Assembly (NCBI GenBank): GCA_033723415.1
Contig: JAWVXD010000002.1
Location: 128,001 to 192,000 of the forward strand
Length of the DNA: 64,000 bases
Source: Sulfurospirillaceae bacterium
GTDB taxonomy: Bacteria > Campylobacterota > Campylobacteria > Campylobacterales > Sulfurospirillaceae
Direction of reading: 5' to 3'
Below are positions 30,217 to 41,397 of the stretch, in pieces. A program made the translations under genes and the position numbers. The notes under the pieces were generated by a model that saw only the letters and a list, made by a program, of their open reading frames with translations, was not told the origin of the DNA and made no database searches. Within the stretch, counting starts at the first letter, position 1. Each line of letters begins with the position of its first letter.

Positions 30217-31083
30217 CTAACATATTTTTACTATCTTATCTAAATCTAAATTAATTTTTGTACCTTTTCCTAGCTTTGATTCAATTTTAATGAGAATTTT
30301 ATTTTCATCACAAAAAGCTTTTACAATGCTAAGCCCTATACCGAAACCATCTTTTTTATTTTTACCTTGATAATACCTATCAAATATCATAAACAATTCA
30401 GACTCACTCATACCAATTCCACTGTCTTCAATTATCAAATTATTATCTTTTGTATAAATTGATATATCATTATCGTCTCTATTATATTTCAATGAATTTA
30501 GTATAATATTCCCAATTACCTTAGAAAACCATCTTTTATCGGTAAAAAGTTGTAAATTATTTATATCTTGATTGATACGAACATTTGGATATAGTATTTC
30601 ATATTTTTCAATCTCTTCTTTTAATAGTTTATCTAAAAAAAATGTCTCTCTAACTTCGTTTTTAGTCTCTTTTTTTATGTAATAATCTATATCCTCATAA
30701 AGCTTATATAATTCATCGCAAGCAAGATTTACTCTCTCTAGTTTTTTGAGATTTTTCTCATTCTGCTCTTGCATTTTTAACATTTGTGTATTAGCCTTTA
30801 TGACAGATAACGGAATATTTAATTCATGCAAAGTATCTTTAAGAAGAAGTTTTAAAAGATTATTCGTCTTAAAAAATTTCGATAACAAAAAAATTGATAA
30901 ATAATAACTAAATGCCATTATAACCAAACAATAGACAATAATTATAGCAACTTTAAACTTTGCAAAAATATCAAGCTTTGCAAGAAACCATAAACCAAAA
31001 GAGAGCAAAAGAGTAAATAAAAATATCAAAAAAGTATTGAGAAATAAAAGTTTTTTATCTCTATTTTTCAAATCTGTACCCAA
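30217..31083 (-). CDS. Sensor histidine kinase with two TM helices and a very short periplasmic loop
   Basis: H-box DTLHELNIP, N-box NSLKY, DSGIG, GFGIGL. Confidence 0.92.
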   Translation of the reverse strand: MGTDLKNRDKKLLFLNTFLIFLFTLLLSFGLWFLAKLDIFAKFKVAIIIVYCLVIMAFSYYLSIFLLSKFFKTNNLLKLLLKDTLHELNIPLSVIKANTQMLKMQEQNEKNLKKLERVNLACDELYKLYEDIDYYIKKETKNEVRETFFLDKLLKEEIEKYEILYPNVRINQDINNLQLFTDKRWFSKVIGNIILNSLKYNRDDNDISIYTKDNNLIIEDSGIGMSESELFMIFDRYYQGKNKKDGFGIGLSIVKAFCDENKILIKIESKLGKGTKINLDLDKIVKIC

Positions 31084-31720
31084 TTCCTCTTATATTTGAT
31101 ATGGAATCTTTCCCGAATATTTTTTTGAGATTAGTCACATAGACACGTATTGAGCCTATATTTGCTTCTTCGTTTTTCCAAAGCGTATCTATTATCATCT
31201 CAGTCGTAACAACTTTGCCTCTGTCTTCTGCTAATAAGCACAGAAGCTGAAAATCTTTGAGATTTATATCCAGTTCAATACCGTTTTTGAACACTCTTTT
31301 TCTATCAAGATCAATTGTGAAATTTTTGTCTATGGTCAAAAGTTTTCTTTTTTTGTGCATCCTCTCTAAAATCGCCTTTACCCGTAAAAGAAGTTCATCC
31401 AAATCAAAAGGCTTCTTGATATAATCATCTCCGCCAAGATTGAAACCTTTTGATAAACTCTCTTTATCGGTAAGTGAGGTCAAAAAGATTGCAGGAGTAG
31501 TATTTCCTGAATCTCTTAAGCTTTTTAAGAACTCAAATCCATTTATATCGGGGACTTTGACATCCAGTAAAAACAGATCAAAACTTTCATTATAAGAGAC
31601 ATTCAATGCATCTAAACCTTTTGGTACTGCTGTAACGATATAGCCGTTCTCGCTTAAGAACTCTTCTATAGTTTCTAAAAGCAAAAGATTGTCTTCCAAT
31701 ACTAAAATTTTATAAGACAC
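31061..31720 (-). CDS. OmpR-family response regulator
   Basis: LED, LLDV, KPF, IRGIGY winged-helix end. Confidence 0.93.
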   Translation of the reverse strand: MSYKILVLEDNLLLLETIEEFLSENGYIVTAVPKGLDALNVSYNESFDLFLLDVKVPDINGFEFLKSLRDSGNTTPAIFLTSLTDKESLSKGFNLGGDDYIKKPFDLDELLLRVKAILERMHKKRKLLTIDKNFTIDLDRKRVFKNGIELDINLKDFQLLCLLAEDRGKVVTTEMIIDTLWKNEEANIGSIRVYVTNLKKIFGKDSISNIRGIGYRFEK

Positions 31721-32717
31721 TTTTTATACTCCATAAAATCTTTAAACCTGCGAACATAGGAACTACATTTTCATAAGACTCAGGAACAAGAAATGGTTTT
31801 TTTTCTAATACAACTTCTTTTTCTATAGGCTCGTAATTATAGATATTTTTTGCATTATCGCTAATAAAGGGCTGCAAATTTTCTAAGACCCCGTGCTTTT
31901 CAAAAAGCTCGGCTAAAGCTTGCAATGCAATAGGAGCTGTAAATATACCGGCAGCACAGCCGCAACTCTCTTTCTTGCTTATCGGATGAGGAGCTGAATC
32001 ACTTCCAAACATTACTTTTGGATGAGCGCTTAATGCTACTCTTAAAAGAGCTTCTCTGTCTTCAGGTGTTTTTGCTATCGGTTTACAAAAAAGATGAGGT
32101 TTTAACATCCCTCCTGCCAAATCATCAAGAGTGATCAAAAGATGATGCAGCGTGATCGTAGCATATAAATTTTCATATTTATCAAGAAGCTCAACACTAT
32201 GTTTTGTCGTTATATGCTCCATGATGATCTTGAGTTTAGGGAAATTCTTGGCAAATTGTTCATAAATCGTACCAAATTCTTTTTCTCTGTCCATCACAAA
32301 ACCATTTGTCTCCCCGTGTACTAAAAGCGGTATTTCTAACTCACTCATAGCTTCGAAAGTCTCTCTTAGTGATTCTATATCCAGGTTGGCCACTCCTGAT
32401 TCAGAATTTGTTGTTATCCCGGAGGGATATAATTTTATACCTTTGATATGTTCTTTAGCAACTTGCAAAAATTGAAAATCATAACTGTCTTTAAAAAATA
32501 GTGTCATCAAAGGCTCAAACTTCTCATCTCCTACTGCTTTTTGAATATTTTTTTTGTATTCCAGCAAAGCTTCTATAGAAGTTATAGGAGGTACTAGATT
32601 TGGCATCACTATAGCGGCTGCAAAGCTTTGTGCACTGAGCGGAGCCACCACGTTTAGCATATCCTTATCTCTTAAGTGAAGATGCATATCTAGAGGAGAT
32701 TTTAATACAAGAGTCAT
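31710..32717 (-). CDS. pyrC: Dihydroorotase (homodimeric type)
   Basis: [30 protein letters not shown]. Confidence 0.95.
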   Translation of the reverse strand: MTLVLKSPLDMHLHLRDKDMLNVVAPLSAQSFAAAIVMPNLVPPITSIEALLEYKKNIQKAVGDEKFEPLMTLFFKDSYDFQFLQVAKEHIKGIKLYPSGITTNSESGVANLDIESLRETFEAMSELEIPLLVHGETNGFVMDREKEFGTIYEQFAKNFPKLKIIMEHITTKHSVELLDKYENLYATITLHHLLITLDDLAGGMLKPHLFCKPIAKTPEDREALLRVALSAHPKVMFGSDSAPHPISKKESCGCAAGIFTAPIALQALAELFEKHGVLENLQPFISDNAKNIYNYEPIEKEVVLEKKPFLVPESYENVVPMFAGLKILWSIKSVL

Positions 32718-32899
32718 TATGATTATCCTTAAAGTGATTTTATATTATACCAAATCACAAAAGCAATCCGTATAATTTTTCTATATTTAGTAGAAATTAA
32801 TATCTATTTAGTTAAAATCCGGCAAATTCTTAAATTACTCTATGCTTATAAACTCAAGTAATAAATTCTTTTTACAATCAATACATAGGAAAAATATAA

Positions 32900-34381
32900 A
32901 TGTTTACTCTAAAAAATTATGATACTTCCAATACTAAAAATGACCTATTGTCAGGGGCAGTCGTAGCAGTAGCTCTCATCCCCGAAGCGATAGCTTTCTC
33001 TTTGGTAGCCAACTTTAACCCTTTGGTCGGTTTGTATACTGCGTTTATTTTGGGCTTGATCACTGCGATCATCGGAGGAAAACCGGGAATGATTAGTGGA
33101 GCAACCGGTTCTATGGTCGTTGTATTGGCATCTTTGGCACAAAGTCATGGCTTGCAATACGTGCTTTGGGCCACGATCTTAACAGGACTCATACAAATCG
33201 CCATAGGTGTTGCAAAGCTTGGAAAACTTATCAGATTTGTACCTCAACCTGCTATATTCGGTTTTGTAAATGGACTTGCAGTTGTTATTGCCATGAGCCA
33301 GTTGAAACTTCTTGGTAATGCTCATTACAGTATGTATATCATTATAGTAACAACGATGCTTATCATGTACTTTCTTCCAAAATATACAAAATCAGTACCA
33401 TCGGGACTTGTTGCTATTGTAGTTTTGACTCTTGTTGCTTACTTTTCCGGAATTGACACAAAAACGGTTGCAGATCTTGGAAATATAAGTGGAGGCTTGC
33501 CTAAATTTTCTATCCCTAATGCCCCGCTTAATCTCCATACTCTCATCACGATTTTGCCTTATTCTCTTATCTTAGCTTTGGTAGGCTTGATAGAATCGCT
33601 CTTGACACTATCTGTACTGGATGAGATGAGTGAAAAACGAGGAAGCGGGAATAAAGAGTGTATCGCACAAGGTATCGGCAATACGACTTGCGGTTTTTTC
33701 GGTGGCATGGCAGGATGTGCTATGATAGGGCAATCTATCATCAACTTTACATCAGGCGGTCTCACAAGACTCTCAAGTGCTACGGCAGCTATTTTACTCA
33801 TCACTTTTGTTGTACAGCTCTCTCACGTCATAGGTGTTATACCCATAGCTGTCTTAGTCGGGATCATGTTTATGGTCTCTATAGAGACTTTTGAGTGGGC
33901 AAGCGTTGCCAGACTTCGAAAAATGCATAAATCAGATGCATTTATTCTCATAACCGTCACGATAATCACTATCTTTGCAGATCTTGCAGTTGCAGTCATC
34001 TCAGGCGTGATCATCTCTGCCCTCGTCTTTGCATACCAGCAAGCCAAACTTACAAAAAAAACTAAAATAGAAGAAGACGGGACCAAAGTATATGAATTAA
34101 ACGGTCCGCTCTTTTTTGGCTCGGCAACTCAGTTTACAAACGATATCTTTGATCTAAAAGATGATCCTCAAAATGTTGTGATCGACTTCACCAATACCAG
34201 AGTTATGGATTCAAGCGGTGTAGAAGCGATAGATAAAGTGACAAAAAAATATACCGAACTTGGCAAAAGCCTAAAACTGCGACATTTAAGCGATGACTGC
34301 ATAGAAGCTTTGCAAAATGCAGGTAGATTTTGTATGCATGAGGTCGATAACCCGACCTATAAAGTTGCTAGAGATTACTAG
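32900..34381 (+). CDS. SulP/SLC26 inorganic anion transporter with STAS domain
   Basis: ALIPEAIAF, PGMISGATG, GCAMIGQS, GPLFFGS, DSSGVEAI. Confidence 0.92.
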   Translation: MFTLKNYDTSNTKNDLLSGAVVAVALIPEAIAFSLVANFNPLVGLYTAFILGLITAIIGGKPGMISGATGSMVVVLASLAQSHGLQYVLWATILTGLIQIAIGVAKLGKLIRFVPQPAIFGFVNGLAVVIAMSQLKLLGNAHYSMYIIIVTTMLIMYFLPKYTKSVPSGLVAIVVLTLVAYFSGIDTKTVADLGNISGGLPKFSIPNAPLNLHTLITILPYSLILALVGLIESLLTLSVLDEMSEKRGSGNKECIAQGIGNTTCGFFGGMAGCAMIGQSIINFTSGGLTRLSSATAAILLITFVVQLSHVIGVIPIAVLVGIMFMVSIETFEWASVARLRKMHKSDAFILITVTIITIFADLAVAVISGVIISALVFAYQQAKLTKKTKIEEDGTKVYELNGPLFFGSATQFTNDIFDLKDDPQNVVIDFTNTRVMDSSGVEAIDKVTKKYTELGKSLKLRHLSDDCIEALQNAGRFCMHEVDNPTYKVARDY

Positions 34382-35265
34382 ATCTCTAGCCTGTCTAAAT
34401 TAAACCTATCTTTAAAAGTACATTTTTTACATAACTCTTCGACGGCTTTATGTTTTTTAAAGCCGTCGATTATATTTTTGGCTTTTTGGCTTTCTAATAT
34501 ATCGCTTAAACTTGATGAATGCAAATTTCCCAGGTCCACAACTCCTTCTCCATCTAAACAACAAGGCACTACCGTTCCATCAGCAAGTATTGCCAGTTGG
34601 GAAGAAAGTCCATGACAAAAACCATCCGTACTGTTTGAACTTGATAGATTTGGCCACTCAAAATAGTGATCAAAGTGCACCAAAATCTTTTTTGCCAGCC
34701 TTATTGATCTTGGTGGATTTAAGATCATCTCTTCTTCAAATTTAATTTTAAAAAATGAAGAAAGTTTTTTAAAGATTTGCTGATTATAAGGATTTTCACT
34801 TCTATTTTCATCTAGATTCCATAACCTTAAATTTATAAATACCTCATCGTCGACTCTTTTTTCACAAAGCTTTAACACTTCATCCATATACTCATCAAAT
34901 GTGCATTTCATGTTGTTTTTATTGTAACTGTTTAGAGAGATATTTATCTGTTTTAGGCTTTTATGAAAAATATCTTCGTGTTTGCTCAGATAATTTCCAC
35001 TAGTCGTTATCATAACGTTGAATTTATATTTTTGGGCAATGTCAAGATAAGATTTTAGATTTGAAAGAGCTAAGGGATCACCTAATACATGCAATGCTAT
35101 ATCTTTTGTAAAAGGACTGAGCTCCATCAATATTTTTTCAAAGAAATCCAGCTCCATAACCATCTTGGGCTTTGTTTTTGTCGGACAGAAGCTACATTCC
35201 AAGCCGCAAATATTTGTGATCTCGATATATGCTTTATGGAACCTATGGGCTTTTCTTGGCATCAT
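34378..35265 (-). CDS. Radical SAM protein with SPASM/twitch domain
   Basis: CGLECSFC, LGDPL, C-terminal CHG...PCC...CKKC. Confidence 0.88.
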   Translation of the reverse strand: MMPRKAHRFHKAYIEITNICGLECSFCPTKTKPKMVMELDFFEKILMELSPFTKDIALHVLGDPLALSNLKSYLDIAQKYKFNVMITTSGNYLSKHEDIFHKSLKQINISLNSYNKNNMKCTFDEYMDEVLKLCEKRVDDEVFINLRLWNLDENRSENPYNQQIFKKLSSFFKIKFEEEMILNPPRSIRLAKKILVHFDHYFEWPNLSSSNSTDGFCHGLSSQLAILADGTVVPCCLDGEGVVDLGNLHSSSLSDILESQKAKNIIDGFKKHKAVEELCKKCTFKDRFNLDRLEI

Positions 35266-36317
35266 ATGATCAACTCATTTTGTAACTCTTCAAATTCATT
35301 TTGTGCTGTGTCATTTTCGTGAAAATGCTCCATTCTGTCTTCCGCATTCTCAAGATTGCCAAATTTTGCTATATGAAAGATCGCATCTCCTTCTTGGACA
35401 AGCGGGATCTCTGATTTTCCTATTATAACACCTGCAAATGGAGTTTTTATTGAGAAAGTATTGTCTCCCAAAGGCTCGTCAATATAAGCTATGATCTCAT
35501 TTTTTACGACTATATCCCCTAAAGCTTTTACCGTTCTTAAGATACCACTTTCACTGGATCTCACCCACTGGCTGCTTCTAGATATGATAGGGGCTTTTTT
35601 GATCTTTTTGGTTTTCTTGCTAGATCCTTTTGGAAGCATTCCGTTTTCTCTTAGAACATTGACTATTCCTCTAACTCCTATTCGGATACTTGTCTCATCA
35701 AAGCGTAGTGCTTCTCCTGCTTCATAAAGTAAAATTGGAGTACCGTTCTCTTTGGCAACGGATCTGAGTGAACCTTCTCTTAGTTCTGAGCCCAAGACGA
35801 CAGGCGCTTCAAAAGCAATAGCCAATTTCAAAGTTTGTTCATGATCCAAATTTGTTCTGATCTGAGGAAGATTTGATTTGTGAATGGACGCCGTATGTAG
35901 ATCTATACCAAAATCACACTTACTTGCTATCTCACTATAAAATATATTTGCTACTCTACTAGCCAAAGAGCCTCTCTCGCTTCCGGGGAAACTCCTGTTT
36001 AGATCTCTTCTGTCAGGCAAATATCTAGACAAGGTCATGATCCCGTAAACATTTACGATAGGAACCAAAATGATCGTTCCTCTTAGTTTTTTTAGAATAA
36101 CTAACTTTCTGAACCTTCTAATGATCTCAATACCGTTTAACTCATCTCCATGTATGGCAGCACTGATAAAAATGATAGGACCTGATTTTTTACCTGATAT
36201 CACCCTGATCGGAAGTTTTGTAGGAGTATGATAAAGCTTCGGCAATTCTATATATATGTTTGTATTGCTGCCTTTTTGGATCTCAACTCCGCCGATTGTT
36301 AATTTTTCACTGCCCAT
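35262..36317 (-). CDS. Succinylglutamate desuccinylase/aspartoacylase (M14) family zinc carboxypeptidase
   Basis: HGDELNG, DLNRSFPG, DLHT, YEAGE. Confidence 0.9.
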   Translation of the reverse strand: MGSEKLTIGGVEIQKGSNTNIYIELPKLYHTPTKLPIRVISGKKSGPIIFISAAIHGDELNGIEIIRRFRKLVILKKLRGTIILVPIVNVYGIMTLSRYLPDRRDLNRSFPGSERGSLASRVANIFYSEIASKCDFGIDLHTASIHKSNLPQIRTNLDHEQTLKLAIAFEAPVVLGSELREGSLRSVAKENGTPILLYEAGEALRFDETSIRIGVRGIVNVLRENGMLPKGSSKKTKKIKKAPIISRSSQWVRSSESGILRTVKALGDIVVKNEIIAYIDEPLGDNTFSIKTPFAGVIIGKSEIPLVQEGDAIFHIAKFGNLENAEDRMEHFHENDTAQNEFEELQNELII

Positions 36318-36320
36318 GCT

Positions 36321-37244
36321 CTAGACTCCTATCTTATCCCTTGGTCCTCTTCTTGTCTTGGTCTTTGATTCTTCTATGTGCTTTTCTATGTAATCCATAA
36401 CTTTGCCTGCAACATCAAAGCCCGTAGCACTTTCAATGCCTTCTAATCCCGGAGACGAGTTTACTTCCATCACAAGCGGTCCTCTGGCTGAGGGGATCAT
36501 ATCAACGCCGCAAACTCCAAGTCCCATTGCACGTGCTGCCGAGACTGCCATGGCTTTTTCTTTTCTCCCCAGCTTGTAAGCCGTAGCACTCCCGCCTTGG
36601 TGAAGATTTGATCTAAAATCTCCCTCGGCACCTTGTCTTTTCATAGCCCCGACCACTTCTCCATTTACTATAATGGCTCTTATATCGGCACCTCCGGCTT
36701 CGGCTATAAACTCTTGAACAAGAAGATTGACGTTCATACCGTAAAATGCGTCTAAAACTGACTTAGCGGCTTTTTGAGTCTCGACCAAAACAACACCTAC
36801 ACCCTGTGTTCCCTCTAATATCTTCAAAACTAGAGGAGTTCCACCACTTAGTTTGATGATATCTTTTACGTCTGATTTATTGGAAGCAAAAACGGTTCTT
36901 GGCATATCTACATCATTTTTTGAAAGTATTTGCAAACTTCTCAGTTTATCTCTACTTCTTGCTATTGCTAAATTGCCTGCAACACTAAAAGCACCCATCA
37001 TCTCAAAGTGCCGCACCATAGCTGTTCCAAAAAAAGTTCTACTTGCTCCGATTCTGGGGATGATCGCATCTGGAGTATCTAAAGGTTTTCCATGGTAGTT
37101 GATCTTTAACTCCCCTTTGATTATTTCGATACTACAGGCAAGATAGTCTATGACTCTTATCTCCCAACCTTTTGCCAAGCCTGCTTCCAAGAGCCTTTTA
37201 GTTGAATAAAGATTTTCATTTCTTGACAATATATATACTTTCAT
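36321..37244 (-). CDS. rimK: RimK family ATP-grasp alpha-L-glutamate ligase
   Basis: [52 protein letters not shown]. Confidence 0.93.
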   Translation of the reverse strand: MKVYILSRNENLYSTKRLLEAGLAKGWEIRVIDYLACSIEIIKGELKINYHGKPLDTPDAIIPRIGASRTFFGTAMVRHFEMMGAFSVAGNLAIARSRDKLRSLQILSKNDVDMPRTVFASNKSDVKDIIKLSGGTPLVLKILEGTQGVGVVLVETQKAAKSVLDAFYGMNVNLLVQEFIAEAGGADIRAIIVNGEVVGAMKRQGAEGDFRSNLHQGGSATAYKLGRKEKAMAVSAARAMGLGVCGVDMIPSARGPLVMEVNSSPGLEGIESATGFDVAGKVMDYIEKHIEESKTKTRRGPRDKIGV

Positions 37245-37669
37245 TTTTTTCCTTCTTTTTTGGATAAATACTCTCCTGAGACATCAACTAAAAATCTTTT
37301 ATTCAAAAACTTCCTGCCGATCAACATCGGATACTGCATATCTTTTCTATTTGTCAAAGTTACTACTATCTGGTATTTTTTGCCAAAAAACATTGCCGTT
37401 ATCTTGATAGAGGGTCTTAGCTGCACTTCGCCGTTTGAGCTTTTTATCCTCTTCATTTTATATAAGGGAATGATCATTTTTTTGCCATGATAAGAGGGGT
37501 GAACCTTATCTAAAAGTTTAAAATGCACAAGATCATTCTCGTCTACTTCTATGTTATCGCAATGAATAGCACTAGAGTCAGCTCCGGTATCGATCTTGGC
37601 ATCCAAATCATATAATTCTAAATCCAGCAAATCAATAGATTCCAATCTACCTATAATTTTTTTATTTAT
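37241..37669 (-). CDS. RimK-associated retropepsin-like peptidase (RimB/'ATP-dependent Zn protease' family)
   Basis: [22 protein letters not shown]; family-typical KKIIGR extends in frame upstream of the TTG at 37645 to an ATA at 37669 behind AAGGA. Confidence 0.85.
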   Translation of the reverse strand: MNKKIIGRLESIDLLDLELYDLDAKIDTGADSSAIHCDNIEVDENDLVHFKLLDKVHPSYHGKKMIIPLYKMKRIKSSNGEVQLRPSIKITAMFFGKKYQIVVTLTNRKDMQYPMLIGRKFLNKRFLVDVSGEYLSKKEGKK

Positions 37670-37732
37670 AGAATATCCTTTAAGAAATTTGCATATTATA
37701 TAATTTTTGAAATAAAATTTTACTACTGAATA

Positions 37733-38098
37733 TTATCTTGGTTTGATGTCCTTGCTTTTGCCTCCTTTTAACCTTTCCATCAATGCAAAAAGACCCGGAC
37801 TTAGATATCTGACTTTATATCCTTTTGATGCAAGATAAAATCTTGCCATGTTAGATCGATCAGAGTATTGACAAGCAACTACCAATTCTTTGTCTTTTGG
37901 CAATTCTTCAAGCCGATCAGGCAGCTCATGGGTTGGGATTTGTAAACCAAAATTCATCTGCCATATAGCAATTTCAGGTTTAATCCTAACATCTATCAAT
38001 TCAGCTTTTCCTTCATTGTAAAGTGTTATAAACTCCTCTATATCTACTCTAATATCTTTCATATTTTTGGGCATTACTTCTCTAATGACATTTTCCAT
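37733..38098 (-). CDS. Single-domain rhodanese (sulfurtransferase)
   Basis: LIDVR, LPKDKELVVACQYSDRS active-site Cys loop. Confidence 0.87.
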   Translation of the reverse strand: MENVIREVMPKNMKDIRVDIEEFITLYNEGKAELIDVRIKPEIAIWQMNFGLQIPTHELPDRLEELPKDKELVVACQYSDRSNMARFYLASKGYKVRYLSPGLFALMERLKGGKSKDIKPR

Positions 38099-38112
38099 TC
38101 TATATTTTCCTA

Positions 38113-38301
38113 TTATTTATTTTCTTGTTTTAACTCATCCAATGCTTGCTGCATCACCTCTAATATCTTCTCACTAGCTACTCTATCATCCATCTCCGGA
38201 ACATTCCATCCTTCAAAGGTCATATTCATTTTATAGATTGCTCTGATCTCCATTCTGATCTCACTGCTTAGTGCTTCTACTCCTTTTGCTGTTTCATTCA
38301 T
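38113..38301 (-). CDS. Small acidic helical hypothetical protein in the RND operon
   Basis: 62 aa, AAGGA SD, starts 2 nt after the RND stop. Confidence 0.7.
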   Translation of the reverse strand: MNETAKGVEALSSEIRMEIRAIYKMNMTFEGWNVPEMDDRVASEKILEVMQQALDELKQENK

Positions 38302-38303
38302 CT

Positions 38304-41300
38304 TTATTCCTTTCTGAGTTTATCTCTATCAAAGATATAAGCATACATAGGTACATAAATGAGTGTCAAAAGCGTACCTATCAAAAGACCGCCTATAGCA
38401 ACGTCTGCTAATGGACTGAGTCGCTCTAATCCAACTGCTTGCTCCAATGCTATAGGGATCATCCCTGCTATTGTACCAAATGCTGTCATCATGACAGGGC
38501 GAAACCTTATAGTAACACTGTCAATAGCACTTTGAAATGCACTCTTGCCTAATTTTTTATTTGCCTGATAAAAGTCTATCAGTAATACTGCATTTTTAAT
38601 AATGATTCCAAATAAAAGCAAAATTCCTAACAAACTCGGCATACAACTTGGTTTATCAAATAACAACATCCCCCAAGAAGCTCCTATCAAAGATAGCGGT
38701 AGTACTAAGATCATGATAAATGCCATTCTGACAGATCTGTAAATTGCTATCAAACTCATAGTAAGTATAATTACACCCAGTCCTATAGCTTTTAACATCC
38801 TGCCAAAACTGTCTGATATTTGTGCACTGTCACCTCTTTGTGAAACTATAAAATTATCAGATTTTACGCTTTTTAGAGCATTTATAGTGTCATCGGTAAG
38901 ATGTGTCACAGGTCTTTTTGCTCTATAACCGTTAACATCAAGCGAATAAAGCATATTGTCTCGCTCAATCTTGGCATATGTTAAACTCTTTTTTATGGTT
39001 GCAATTTGAGACAATGGGATCTCTCCAAATTTTGTTGTTATAGGCAATAGTTTTAAGGTTTCAAGATTTTTGGTAAATCTGTCTTTGAGATAAAGCCTCA
39101 CAAATTGTGTATTCATCGACTCTAGATTTGCATTAAGTGAGACTATTTCTCCTTTTATCGGGATCTGCATTGCTATATCAAAAGGGGTTATCCCGTAGCG
39201 TAAAGCTTTATTTCTGTCTACGTCTATTATGTATTCTGTAAAATCCTTACCCCAGCTTGTCGATACTGAAGTCAAACCTCGAACTGTTTTCATCGCCTTT
39301 GCAACTTTTTTAGAATATTCACTCATACCATCAAGAGTAGGTGAACTGATTCTTGAATCAACAGTAGCTTTTATACTGGAAACTGCAGTCGCTCCAAAGT
39401 CAAATACATCATTTCGCTTAAGTCCTTCAAGATGTGACAATTTTTCTCTGATTATATCCTCAAGCTGCCACAGTGTCTTGTGTCTTTTAAATCTGTTCAC
39501 GGCATTGATCGTGATCGTAGCTTCAGTAGGAAGATTGCCGCTGCCTAAGCTTAAAACTCCTGGTTCACTGCCAAATGCTATTGAACTTCTAATTACCCAG
39601 GATTGATCATTTAGCCATTTTAAAAAAGGCTTCAATCTCTTTTCTGCTCCCTCAACAGTTCCATTTGCGCTAAATGCTATCTGAGCTTTTATAATACCCG
39701 TATCCATAGGAGGCATAGCATCTTTACCAATAGTTGGCATAATATTTTTCATACTAAATACGAGAAATGCTACAACACTCATGGTCAAAGCCATTCTTCT
39801 TACTATCTTCCAGCCTCCGCCTCCGTTAGAAAATTTTATGATCCCTTCATAAGGAGCAACCAATCTTCCGATAGTATTTTCATAAAACCACTCAAATGCT
39901 CGTTCTATTTTTGTCTTTGTCACTCCATTTTTGTATAATCTGGCAGATAACAAAGGTATGAAAGTTATAGATAAGAAATAACTAACCAATAAAGCTATGA
40001 TCAAAGTTTCTATCAAAGGTTTAAATATTTTTTGAGGGAACCCGCCGACAAACATCAAAGGGAATAAGATAGCTACAGTTGCAAGAGTTCCTGCAAATAC
40101 CGGACTTAAAACTTCTTTCGTACCATTTTTTATGGCAGTTTGAAGATCTTCTTTTGTTTCGACAAGATGTCGTTCTATATTTTCCAATACCACAACTGCA
40201 TCATCCGTAAGCATTCCAAGCGCTAGGATAATTGCAGTATATATAACTATATTCAGCTCTCCTCCGCCTAACCAAATTATTGCAATAGTCGTAAAGAACA
40301 CCATTGGGATAGACAGCCCTGCCGCAATTATAGCTCTAAAGTTCCCTAAGAACACCATGATCACTATCAAAGTGTAAATCACCGCATCTCTTAGAGCTTC
40401 TAGCATATTTGTATTCGCCTGCTCTATCAAATCTCTTTGAGTATCACTTATCTCAAAATTTATATTTGGATATTTTATTTCTAATTTTTTCATTTCAGCC
40501 CTGGCGGCTTTGCTGACGTCTAAAACACTTCCACCGGGAGATCTTTGAATGGAAAGTGCTATAGAATCTTTTCCATTGCCGATGTAGCCGCTTGTTCTTT
40601 TTTGATGTCCCCATTTTACGGTTGCTATATCTTTTAGCCTTACATTCGGCTTGATTAATAGATTTTGCAAATTTAAAACATTGTCTTTTTCTCCATAAAT
40701 AGTAACCGTATAAAAACTGTTATTTCCTTTTATAAATCCTACCGGAATATCTTTGTTTTGAGCTAAAATAACTTTTGAAATCGTACCAAAATCTACTCCG
40801 TATTTCTTTGCTTTAAATGGATCTATCTCTACGTTTATAGCGCTTTCGTATCCGCCAAATACTTCTACATTGCCGATTGATTTGTTGCTTAGGAGGTGTG
40901 GCTTTATAAAGCTGTCTGCTATCTTCCTTATCTCTCCTAATGATATTGATGAATTTTTTGGACTCAATGCTATAACATCAACCGGAAGCGTAAAATCTCC
41001 TGCAGTATATATGGCAGGATTTAACCCTGTAGGAATGTTCGCTTTTGCGATATTTAGTGCATTGGCTACATCTACCGCTGCAGAATTTAAACTCTTTTTA
41101 TAGTCAAACTCAACACTGACGATTGACATATTTGGTACATTTACACTGCTTATATCACTCACAGAACCTAATCTTGAAAGTTCTTGTTCTATCGGTTTTG
41201 ATACTGTCGAGGCTGCCACTTTTGCAGTTGCTCCAGGTACTCTTGTGACAACCACGACTTTTGGAGGATTAGCGTCTGGAAAAAGATTTTTGGGTAGGGT

Positions 41301-41390
41301 GACTAGTCCGATGATTCCCATAATAAAGAATCCTGCTATCAGGCTGTAAAGAAGATAAGGCCTTTTATAAAAATATTCAAATAACATCAT
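38304..41390 (-). CDS. RND efflux permease (AcrB/CusA superfamily)
   Basis: GMLTDDAVVVLENIERH, GIIIKNAVLL, RFRPVMMT proton-relay motifs. Confidence 0.94.
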   Translation of the reverse strand: MMLFEYFYKRPYLLYSLIAGFFIMGIIGLVTLPKNLFPDANPPKVVVVTRVPGATAKVAASTVSKPIEQELSRLGSVSDISSVNVPNMSIVSVEFDYKKSLNSAAVDVANALNIAKANIPTGLNPAIYTAGDFTLPVDVIALSPKNSSISLGEIRKIADSFIKPHLLSNKSIGNVEVFGGYESAINVEIDPFKAKKYGVDFGTISKVILAQNKDIPVGFIKGNNSFYTVTIYGEKDNVLNLQNLLIKPNVRLKDIATVKWGHQKRTSGYIGNGKDSIALSIQRSPGGSVLDVSKAARAEMKKLEIKYPNINFEISDTQRDLIEQANTNMLEALRDAVIYTLIVIMVFLGNFRAIIAAGLSIPMVFFTTIAIIWLGGGELNIVIYTAIILALGMLTDDAVVVLENIERHLVETKEDLQTAIKNGTKEVLSPVFAGTLATVAILFPLMFVGGFPQKIFKPLIETLIIALLVSYFLSITFIPLLSARLYKNGVTKTKIERAFEWFYENTIGRLVAPYEGIIKFSNGGGGWKIVRRMALTMSVVAFLVFSMKNIMPTIGKDAMPPMDTGIIKAQIAFSANGTVEGAEKRLKPFLKWLNDQSWVIRSSIAFGSEPGVLSLGSGNLPTEATITINAVNRFKRHKTLWQLEDIIREKLSHLEGLKRNDVFDFGATAVSSIKATVDSRISSPTLDGMSEYSKKVAKAMKTVRGLTSVSTSWGKDFTEYIIDVDRNKALRYGITPFDIAMQIPIKGEIVSLNANLESMNTQFVRLYLKDRFTKNLETLKLLPITTKFGEIPLSQIATIKKSLTYAKIERDNMLYSLDVNGYRAKRPVTHLTDDTINALKSVKSDNFIVSQRGDSAQISDSFGRMLKAIGLGVIILTMSLIAIYRSVRMAFIMILVLPLSLIGASWGMLLFDKPSCMPSLLGILLLFGIIIKNAVLLIDFYQANKKLGKSAFQSAIDSVTIRFRPVMMTAFGTIAGMIPIALEQAVGLERLSPLADVAIGGLLIGTLLTLIYVPMYAYIFDRDKLRKE

Positions 41391-41397
41391 CTATCCT

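Noticed and set aside
32900..37244. Apparent abundance of GATC sites
   Set aside because: Visual impression only; it needs an observed/expected tetranucleotide count that I cannot run.
38113..38301. 62-aa ORF as a RiPP precursor for the RimK/radical SAM genes
   Set aside because: It is coupled to the RND operon, looks like an amphipathic helical protein, and has no core-peptide features.
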